NCBI GenBank assembly: GCA_005885325.1
Contig: VAYX01000015.1
Coordinates: forward strand, 1-53,151
Origin: Actinomycetota bacterium
Lineage (GTDB): Bacteria > Actinomycetota > UBA4738 > HRBIN12
Direction of reading: 5' to 3'
DNA: 53,151 bases
Shown here: one piece after another, positions 44,787 through 51,509 of the stretch
How positions within the stretch are numbered: position 1 is the stretch's first letter
Layout of the letters: the number at the start of each line of letters is the position of its first letter
Program-made: the position numbers and the translations under genes
Notes under the pieces: model-generated
What the model was told of the DNA's origin: nothing
The model's input: only the letters and a program-made list of their open reading frames with translations
Databases searched by the model: none

Positions 44787-45237
44787 CCAGTGGCGTCTCC
44801 TCGTCCGAATTCTGGCCTGCGCCGACCGGGGCGGGAGCCTTGGCCGACCAGTCGCCGCCGGCCTTGCCGCCTTGGCGCTCGATCTTGGCCGTGGCCCACC
44901 GCAGGCTCGGCCCCAGCTCGTCGGCCTCGATCTCGACCACCGACCGCCGCTCGCCCTCCGGGGTCTCCCAGGAGCGCTGGCGGAGGCGGCCCACCACGAC
45001 CACCCGCGAGCCCCGCGTGAGGGACTCGGCGGAGTTCTCGGCCAGGGTCCGCCATGCGTTCACGCGGAAGAACGAGGTGTCGCCGTCCTTCCAGCCCCCG
45101 CCCTCGTCCCGGATCCGGGGCGTGACGGCCACCGAGAAGTTCACGACGGCCGCGCCGTTCGGCGTGTACCGAAGCTCCGGGTCGTCCGTGAGGTTCCCGA
45201 CGATCGTGATCTGGTTGTCGCTCGCCATCTCCATCAC
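44776..45237 (-). CDS. ssb: single-stranded DNA-binding protein
   Basis: [31 protein letters not shown] fold, a Gly-rich linker, and an acidic DEETPL near the C-terminus. Start could be ATG 45237 or ATG 45228. The 3' end overlaps rpsR by 11 nt. Confidence 0.9.
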   Translation of the reverse strand: MMEMASDNQITIVGNLTDDPELRYTPNGAAVVNFSVAVTPRIRDEGGGWKDGDTSFFRVNAWRTLAENSAESLTRGSRVVVVGRLRQRSWETPEGERRSVVEIEADELGPSLRWATAKIERQGGKAGGDWSAKAPAPVGAGQNSDEETPLDAP

Positions 45238-45293
45238 CTACCTGTCCGTTTTCCACTCCCCCGCGGATGGCGTGCGGGGGAGGGGGAAGTCTC

Positions 45294-45581
45294 CTAGGCG
45301 GCTCTCTGGACCACCTTGAACCGAAGCACCTCGTCGGCGAGGTGCAAGCTCCGCTCGAGCTCGGCGATCACCGACGGCTCCGCCGTGAACGCCACGACGA
45401 CGTAATAGCCCTCGCCCTGCCGGGCGATCTCGTAGGCCAGGCGCCGCCGTCCCCATCGATCCACCTTGCCGACGTCGCCCCCCGCCTGGGAGACGATCTT
45501 GGTGATCCGATCGATGACCCCGCCGATGACCGACTCGTCGGCCTCGGGGGGAACGATGAACATCACTTCGTAGGACCTCAG
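45294..45581 (-). CDS. rpsF: 30S ribosomal protein S6, probable CTG initiation codon
   Basis: (L/M)RSYEVMFIVPP matches the conserved S6 N-terminus MRxYE(I/V)M. GGAGG (45589-45593) lies 7 nt upstream of CTG 45581. The next GTG/ATG (45566/45563) lie 22-25 nt from the SD and would remove the conserved residues. Confidence 0.8.
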   Translation of the reverse strand: MRSYEVMFIVPPEADESVIGGVIDRITKIVSQAGGDVGKVDRWGRRRLAYEIARQGEGYYVVVAFTAEPSVIAELERSLHLADEVLRFKVVQRAA

Positions 45582-45644
45582 GTCCCCACCTCCTCTGGTC
45601 TGGACGGCCCCCCACCGGGGAGCAGGACGTGGCTGGCCTCCAGA

Positions 45645-45674
45645 GTCTACCGGGTCTGCCGGCGGGTCTACCGG
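45645..45674. repeat. three 9-nt direct repeats GTCTACCGG / GTCTGCCGG / (CGG) GTCTACCGG in the rpsF-panB divergent intergenic region
   Basis: Read directly from the sequence: 45645-45653, 45654-45662 and 45666-45674. Confidence 0.8.
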
Positions 45675-45798
45675 CTGTTCCACCGTCGCGACCCTAGCAC
45701 CGGCCACCGACAGCCACCGGGGTCGGGCCGGAAGGTGGCCCACGGGCTGGGGTTACACTTCCTGGAGCCGTGCACTCACTCGAAAGGAGGCGCGAGCG

Positions 45799-46590
45799 AT
45801 GACCGTGACCGTCCATGACCTGCGTGGATGGAAGGCGGAGGGCAGGCGCTGGGCTATGCTCACCGCCTACGACTTCCCCACCGCCCGGATCCTCGACCAG
45901 GCGGGCATCCCGGTGCTCCTCGTGGGCGACTCACTTGCCCAGAACGTCCTGGGCTACGAGAACACCCTGCCCGTGACCATGGAGGAGATGCTCCACCATG
46001 TCCGCGCGGTGACCCGCGGCGCGCAGAGCGCCATGGTCGTGGCCGACATGCCGTTCCTCTCCTACCAGGTCTCCGTGGAGGAGGGCGTCCGAAACGCCGG
46101 CCGGTTCCTGAAGGAGGGCGGCGCACACGCCGTCAAGCTCGAGGGCCCCCAGGTCGAGCTGACCCACCGCCTGGTCGAGCTCGGTGTCCCGGTCATGGCC
46201 CACGTCGGCCTGACCCCGCAATCGGTTCACGGGATGGGCGGGTATCGGGTGCAGGGCCGGGGCGAGGAGGCCGCGACCAGGATCCAGGAACAGGCAAGCG
46301 CGCTCCAGAAGGCCGGCGCGTTCTCCATCGTCTTGGAGGGAGTCCCCGCGGAGCTCGGAACGCGGATCACCGACCACCTGCACATCCCCACCATCGGCAT
46401 CGGAGCCGGGCCGGGGTGCGATGCGCAAGTCTTGGTGCTCACCGATCTGCTGGGCCTGTCGGATGGCAAGCTCCCCAAGTTCGCCAAGGCCTACGCGAAC
46501 CTTCGTGAGGAGATCGCAGACGCGGCGCAGGCGTTCGCACGCGAGGTCGAGGCGGGCACGTTCCCCGACCCGGAGCACTCCTACGAGTAG
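45799..46590 (+). CDS. panB: 3-methyl-2-oxobutanoate hydroxymethyltransferase
   Basis: MLTAYDFPTARI, LLVGDSLAQNVLGY and VKLEG. AAAGGAGG lies upstream of the ATG. Confidence 0.95.
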   Translation: MTVTVHDLRGWKAEGRRWAMLTAYDFPTARILDQAGIPVLLVGDSLAQNVLGYENTLPVTMEEMLHHVRAVTRGAQSAMVVADMPFLSYQVSVEEGVRNAGRFLKEGGAHAVKLEGPQVELTHRLVELGVPVMAHVGLTPQSVHGMGGYRVQGRGEEAATRIQEQASALQKAGAFSIVLEGVPAELGTRITDHLHIPTIGIGAGPGCDAQVLVLTDLLGLSDGKLPKFAKAYANLREEIADAAQAFAREVEAGTFPDPEHSYE

Positions 46591-46665
46591 CCGCCGCCGG
46601 TAGCAAGCCCGGAGTCAGGCACACCTCCGGGGCCCGGCCGGCCGAAGGCCATACACTCCGCGTCG

Positions 46666-47454
46666 GTGAGCGACACAGCCGGCGCTTTCCTGCTCGGAGC
46701 GGGGGCGGGCCTCCTCGCCTCCGCCGTCGTCGCCTTCGTGTGGGCCCGAACCCGTCGGCGCCCCGGAACGGTCGAGGACCCGGGGCGCCGGGCCGACCTG
46801 ACCTCGAAGATCGGCCACGAGCTCAAGAACCCGGTCATGTCGGTGAAGGGGCTCGCGTCCTCCGGCATCCGCCTCTACCCCTCGATGAGCGACGACGAGC
46901 GACTCGAGTTCTTCCGGCTGATCGACGTGGAGGCGAACAGGCTCAAGCTCATCGCCGACGAGATCTCCACCGCCCTTCGCATCGATGCCGGCCAGATCAG
47001 CTACCACGTCCGAGACGAGGATCTGGGCGCCCTAGTCCAGGAGGTCGCCTGGCGCTCCCCGAGCGGCCAGCACGCCATGGTGGTGGAGGTGGAGGACGGC
47101 CTCACCGCCCCGCTCGATCGGACCCGCCTATCCGAGGTCATCTTCCACCTGCTCGACAACGCTTCGAAGTTCTCTCCGCCCGACGCACCGATCGAGGTCC
47201 GGGCCTACCGGTCGCCGGAGGGGGACGCGGTCGTGGAGGTGGCCGACCGGGGCCCAGGGATCCCCGCCGAGCACCGGGAGGACGTCTTCGGGGAGTTCAC
47301 GGAGTGGCGGCCCCCCGGGTACGAGGAGACTCCCGGCGCCGGGCTCGGCCTGTTCATCTGTCGGGCGCATCTCAAGGCCATGGCCGGGCGCATCGATATC
47401 GAGGACGAGAGGGACAGGGGTACCATGCTCCGGGTCACGCTGCCAGGAGGGTGA
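46666..47454 (+). CDS. minimal sensor histidine kinase (one TM, HisKA + HATPase_c, no sensor domain)
   Basis: TM FLLGAGAGLLASAVVAFVW, then almost directly the H-box SKIGHELKNPV. N-box LLDNASKFS. G-boxes DRGPGI and GAGLGLFI. GTG start. Confidence 0.88.
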   Translation: MSDTAGAFLLGAGAGLLASAVVAFVWARTRRRPGTVEDPGRRADLTSKIGHELKNPVMSVKGLASSGIRLYPSMSDDERLEFFRLIDVEANRLKLIADEISTALRIDAGQISYHVRDEDLGALVQEVAWRSPSGQHAMVVEVEDGLTAPLDRTRLSEVIFHLLDNASKFSPPDAPIEVRAYRSPEGDAVVEVADRGPGIPAEHREDVFGEFTEWRPPGYEETPGAGLGLFICRAHLKAMAGRIDIEDERDRGTMLRVTLPGG

Positions 47455-47459
47455 CAGTC

Positions 47460-48137
47460 GTGTCGAGCGAAGCCAACGGGCCGACCACCCTGCTCATCTG
47501 CGACGACCACAAGATCCTCACCGACGCCCTGGCCATGGTGGTGGAACGGGACGGCTCCCTTCGGATGATCGCCGCCCCGGTCCACATCCCCGAGGAGGCC
47601 ATCGAGCTGTGTCGCGAGCATCAGCCCGACGTCGTGCTGATGGACATCGTGTTCAAGGGCCACATGGACGGCATCAAGGCCACCCGCAAGATCAAGGAGG
47701 TCTCGCCGGCCACGAAGGTCGTGATCATGACGGCGCACGACGACGACCGGCTCCTGGTGGAGGCGGTCGAGGCGGGGGCCTCCGGGTTCCTGGGCAAGGA
47801 TGAGGCCGCGGGCGAGGTTCTGTCGGCAGCCAAGGCCGCGGCCGAGGGCGAGGTGCTGATCGACCCCGCCACCCTGACCAGGCTGTTGCACCAGGTGTCC
47901 AAGGAACGGGAATCGCGCCGCGACGCCGAGGCGCTCCTCGAGGAGCTCACCGACCGGGAGCGGGAGATCCTCCAGCTCCTGGCGGAGGGGATGCGGAACG
48001 AGGGGATCGCCCGCAAGCTGTTCATCAGCCCGCAGACGGTCCAGACGCACGTCCGGAACCTGCTGGCCAAGCTGGGGGTGCACTCCAAGCTGGAGGCCGT
48101 GGCCTTCGCCGTGAAGCACGGCGGGATCACGATCTAG
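47460..48137 (+). CDS. NarL/LuxR-family response regulator
   Basis: LLICDDHKIL..VVLMDIVFKGHMDG..VIMTAH..FLGKD, plus the HTH LTDREREILQLLAEGMRNEGIARKLFISPQTVQTHV. GTG 47460 is 9 nt after GGAGG. The alternative GTG 47451 overlaps the kinase stop. Confidence 0.9.
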   Translation: MSSEANGPTTLLICDDHKILTDALAMVVERDGSLRMIAAPVHIPEEAIELCREHQPDVVLMDIVFKGHMDGIKATRKIKEVSPATKVVIMTAHDDDRLLVEAVEAGASGFLGKDEAAGEVLSAAKAAAEGEVLIDPATLTRLLHQVSKERESRRDAEALLEELTDREREILQLLAEGMRNEGIARKLFISPQTVQTHVRNLLAKLGVHSKLEAVAFAVKHGGITI

Positions 48138-48207
48138 GCGACATACCGAACCGCCGCTACGCCTACCCGAAATCAGGTACCCGGTTCTACCCGTCCCGTG
48201 GGATGCA

Positions 48208-48348
48208 GCGGATCCCCCATCCTGCCGAACCGAAAGATGACCCGGACCACGAGAGCTCATCGCTCTCTTGTTCATCTGGGGGTGCAGACGCCGGCTCGGC
48301 GCGCGCTCACAGGTGACGGCGGGGCCGCCTCCCCCTCGGCGGCCCCGC
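48208..48348 (+). other. two stem-loops with C-rich apical loops in a 270-nt intergenic region (candidate sRNA or 5' leader)
   Basis: Hairpin 1, 48208-48225: GCGGAT-ccccc-ATCC(t)GC. Hairpin 2, 48319-48348: a perfect 11-bp stem GCGGGGCCGCC-tccccctc-GGCGGCCCCGC. Confidence 0.35.
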
Positions 48349-48408
48349 ACCCATGTCCGGGGTGGATGGCCTCCCCTGCCGGCCGTGCCGGGCGGGATAA
48401 TCGGCCCC

Positions 48409-49626
48409 GTGGCGCCGCCCACCAAGCAGATCGGGCTCGGCCTGGTCATGACCTGCCTGGCGACCACGCTGGCGTTGGGGATCGCGATGAAGGCGCCCTG
48501 CGCCGGCGGCGACTGGGGCGACGGCCGCCAGTACCGCTCGTACTGCTATTCGGACATCGTGCCCCTGCACGGCACCGAGCAGCTCACGGGAGGCCGGCTC
48601 CCCTACCTGGATGCCTGCACATCGGCGGACGGCGAATGCGACGAGTACCCGGTGCTCTCGATGTACGCGATGCGCCTGGCCGCCTGGATGTCGAACGGCA
48701 TCGCGGGGTTCTTTTACGCCAACGTCGTGCTGCTCTCGATCGCGGCATTCGTCGTGCTCGTCTGCCTCTACCTGCTGGTGGGATCCCGGGCCCTGTACTT
48801 CGCGCTCGCGCCGACGCTCCTCATCTACGGCTTCATGAACTGGGACCTGCTGGCGGTGGCGTTCGCCACGGCGGCGACGCTCGCCTACCTGAACCGGCGC
48901 GACGTCTGGGCCGGCGCGCTGCTCGGCTTGGGAGCCGCGGCGAAGATCTATCCGGCCCTGCTACTCGTGCCGTTCGTCCTGGGACGGTTCCGGGACCGGG
49001 AGCCCGACCGGGGCATCCATTTGGCCTGGGCGGGGGCCGGCGCCTGGGTGGCGGTGAACCTTCCGTTCGTGCTGGCCGCCCCCAAGAGCTGGTGGGAGTT
49101 CTTCGGGTTCAACCGCGACCGTCCGGCCGACTGGGACAGCCTGTGGTTCATCGCCTGCAACCGCCTCACCGGCAAGCTGTACTGCGGGCACACTCTTTTC
49201 ATCAACGTGGCCTCCGCAATCCTGTTGCTTGCGGCCTCGATCCTGCTGTACCGGCTCCGCCGCAAGGTCGTGCCGGACTTCCCCCGGTGGACGTTCGGGT
49301 TCGCCCTCCTCGTGGCGTTCCTGCTGACGAACAAGGTGTACTCGCCGCAATACGGGCTCTGGCTGCTCCCCTGGTTCGCCCTGGCCCTGCCGAACCTTCG
49401 CCTGTTCGCCGCGTTCGAGGCGGCCGATGTCGCCGTGTTCCTGACCCGGTTCTCCTGGTTCGGCCGGTACACGGGGGTGGGAGGGCTTCCCATCGGCGCG
49501 TTCGAGGTGGCCGTGGTGGTTCGGGCAGTCGTCCTGGTGTGGTGCCTCGTCGTATGGGTCCGCCGGCCTGAGGTGGAGGACGGGCGCCTCGCTCCCGCCG
49601 CCGCGCTAGCGGACGTCCCCGCGTGA
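48409..49626 (+). CDS. GT-C fold membrane glycosyltransferase (GT87/DUF2029-like)
   Basis: Polytopic. The first extracytoplasmic loop is ..YCYSDIVPLHG..LPYLD......EYPVLSMY, and AAKIYPALLLVPF follows; these are typical of the DUF2029/GT87 mannosyltransferase-like family as I recall it. Start is uncertain: GTG 48409 is chosen, and ATG 48268 of the track would add an Arg/Pro-rich extension. Confidence 0.65.
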   Translation: MAPPTKQIGLGLVMTCLATTLALGIAMKAPCAGGDWGDGRQYRSYCYSDIVPLHGTEQLTGGRLPYLDACTSADGECDEYPVLSMYAMRLAAWMSNGIAGFFYANVVLLSIAAFVVLVCLYLLVGSRALYFALAPTLLIYGFMNWDLLAVAFATAATLAYLNRRDVWAGALLGLGAAAKIYPALLLVPFVLGRFRDREPDRGIHLAWAGAGAWVAVNLPFVLAAPKSWWEFFGFNRDRPADWDSLWFIACNRLTGKLYCGHTLFINVASAILLLAASILLYRLRRKVVPDFPRWTFGFALLVAFLLTNKVYSPQYGLWLLPWFALALPNLRLFAAFEAADVAVFLTRFSWFGRYTGVGGLPIGAFEVAVVVRAVVLVWCLVVWVRRPEVEDGRLAPAAALADVPA

Positions 49627-50729
49627 AGCCCGAGACACGAGAGGGGATCCGCTACAGCCTGACGGTCTTCCTCGCGGTGCGCCTGGGGCTGCTCGTCCTG
49701 GGGCTCGTGGCCGTCGAGCTGTTCCCTCCGCTCAAGCCGGTCTCGGTCCCCGGCTGGCGGGCGCAGCCCCTTCCCGACCCCGGATGGCAGAACGCCTTCA
49801 CAAGCTTCGAGCGGTTCGACGCGCTGTGGTTCCTGCGGATCGCCTCGGGCGGGTACCGGGCGGTGTCGTGGGCCACGGGGGGCCATCCGTTCGCCGCGGC
49901 GCTCCTGGTCTCGAACGCCTCCATCGCCGGCGGGCTGTGCGTGCTCTACGCGCTCACGGCCTCCGAGCGCTCGGTCGAGACGGCCCGAAGGACGGTCCTG
50001 CTCGTCGCGCTGTTCCCCTCGTCCTTCTTCTTCTTCGCTCCCTACAGCGAGTCGCTGTTCCTACTCCTGGCGGTAACGACCTTCTGGGCGGCGAGATCCC
50101 GGAGGTGGGCGGTGGCCGGTGCCGCCGGGGCCCTGGCCGCCCTGACCAGGAACGTCGGCGTGGTGCTGGCGCCGGCCCTGCTGGTGGAGGCGTTCCATCA
50201 GCGGGCCGAGGGCCGCGGGTCGGCCCTGCCGGGCATCGGAGCCGCCGTGGCCACCGGGCTCGGCACGCTGGCCTATCTCGCGTATTGGGGGGCGAAGGCG
50301 GGCGACTGGCTGGCCCCCGTGGTCCAGCAGGCCAACTGGCAGCGCACGTTCTCATGGCCCTGGGCCACCCTGGCCAACGGCACGTATGACGCGTTCCGGT
50401 ATCTCGGCAAAACGAACGGCGGGTACTGGCTGATCGACTGGCTGATCGTTGTGCCGGTGGTCGGGGCCTCCGTCTTCGCCCTGTTCCGGTACCGGCCCTC
50501 GTGCTCGGTGTACCTCTGGGGCGGGCTGCTGATCCCCTTCTCGTTCGTGTTCGCCGACCGCCCCCTGATGTCGATGCCCCGGTTCGTGCTCCCCCTGTTC
50601 CCGGCCTTCTGGGCCCTGGCGGAGCTGACCGAGCGATGGCGCATCCCCCAGAAGGCCGTGGCCGCCGTGGGGGCCGCCGGGCTCGGGCTCCTCGTGGTGC
50701 TGTTCGTGAACTGGTACTACATCTTCTAG
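49623..50729 (+). CDS. GT-C fold membrane mannosyltransferase-like protein (PIG-V/GT76-like)
   Basis: FERFDALWFLRIASGGY motif after TM1, and about 9 TM segments. The GTG overlaps the upstream stop (GTGA). Confidence 0.65.
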   Translation: MKPETREGIRYSLTVFLAVRLGLLVLGLVAVELFPPLKPVSVPGWRAQPLPDPGWQNAFTSFERFDALWFLRIASGGYRAVSWATGGHPFAAALLVSNASIAGGLCVLYALTASERSVETARRTVLLVALFPSSFFFFAPYSESLFLLLAVTTFWAARSRRWAVAGAAGALAALTRNVGVVLAPALLVEAFHQRAEGRGSALPGIGAAVATGLGTLAYLAYWGAKAGDWLAPVVQQANWQRTFSWPWATLANGTYDAFRYLGKTNGGYWLIDWLIVVPVVGASVFALFRYRPSCSVYLWGGLLIPFSFVFADRPLMSMPRFVLPLFPAFWALAELTERWRIPQKAVAAVGAAGLGLLVVLFVNWYYIF

Positions 50730-50794
50730 ACCGGGCGGGCCGACATATAGGATGGGCCAGACAGTCGGGCCGTGGGCGGCAGAGGGAGCCTCGG

Positions 50795-51433
50795 GTGACC
50801 ATACGGGTAGGCATCGCGGACGACCACTCGCTGGTCAGGCAGGGCCTTCGCCGATATCTGGACATGGCGGACGGTATCGAGGTCGTGGGTGAGGCATCCA
50901 ACGGCCAGGAGCTCCTGGACCTCGTGGAGCAGCAGAAGCCCGACATCGCCCTGGTGGACATCCGGATGCCCGAGATGGACGGCCTGGAGGCGGCCCGGCT
51001 GATCCGCGACCGCTTCCCCAAGGTCGGCGTCATCATGCTCACCGCCTACGACGACCGCCAGTTCGTGGTGGAGGCGGTTCGCTCGGGGGCGCGGGGCTAC
51101 GTGCTGAAGGCCCGCGACGCCGAGCACCTGATCCAGACCGTCCGCCTGGTCGCCGGGGGAAACATGGTCATCGACCCCCAGCTCGTGGTGGCCCTGGCGG
51201 AGGAGCTCTCCCAGGCCAAGGAGCGAGACCGCAAGGCCGAGACGCTCACGGCCCGGGAGATCGAGGTCCTCCAGCTGCTCGCGTTCGGGCACACCAACCG
51301 GGACATCGCCGAGCGCCTCTACATCTCGCCCGACACGGTGAAGACCCATCTCGAGCACATCTTCGAGAAGCTCGGGGCCTCCGACCGCACGGCCGCCGTG
51401 GCCGAGGCGCTCCGCCGGCGCCTGATCGAGTAG
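50795..51433 (+). CDS. NarL/LuxR-family response regulator
   Basis: RVGIADDHSLVR..IALVDIRMPEMDG..IMLTAY..YVLKA, plus the HTH LTAREIEVLQLLAFGHTNRDIAERLYISPDTVKTHL. GTG 50795 is 6 nt after GGGAG. Confidence 0.92.
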   Translation: MTIRVGIADDHSLVRQGLRRYLDMADGIEVVGEASNGQELLDLVEQQKPDIALVDIRMPEMDGLEAARLIRDRFPKVGVIMLTAYDDRQFVVEAVRSGARGYVLKARDAEHLIQTVRLVAGGNMVIDPQLVVALAEELSQAKERDRKAETLTAREIEVLQLLAFGHTNRDIAERLYISPDTVKTHLEHIFEKLGASDRTAAVAEALRRRLIE

Positions 51434-51509
51434 CTCGACCGGGGGTCAGCACCCACTGGTCCTCCAACTGACCTAGGCCGAGATCGGCCTGCCCCTCTCC
51501 AGGCGGGTG

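Noticed and set aside
48198-48408. Alternative long starts (48198 frame; ATG 48268) for the GT87-like gene, which would make the 48319-48348 hairpin coding.
   Set aside because: The added residues are Arg/Pro-rich and lack hydrophobic character. The first TM helix follows GTG 48409 closely. The start remains unproven, and this is flagged in the corresponding finding.
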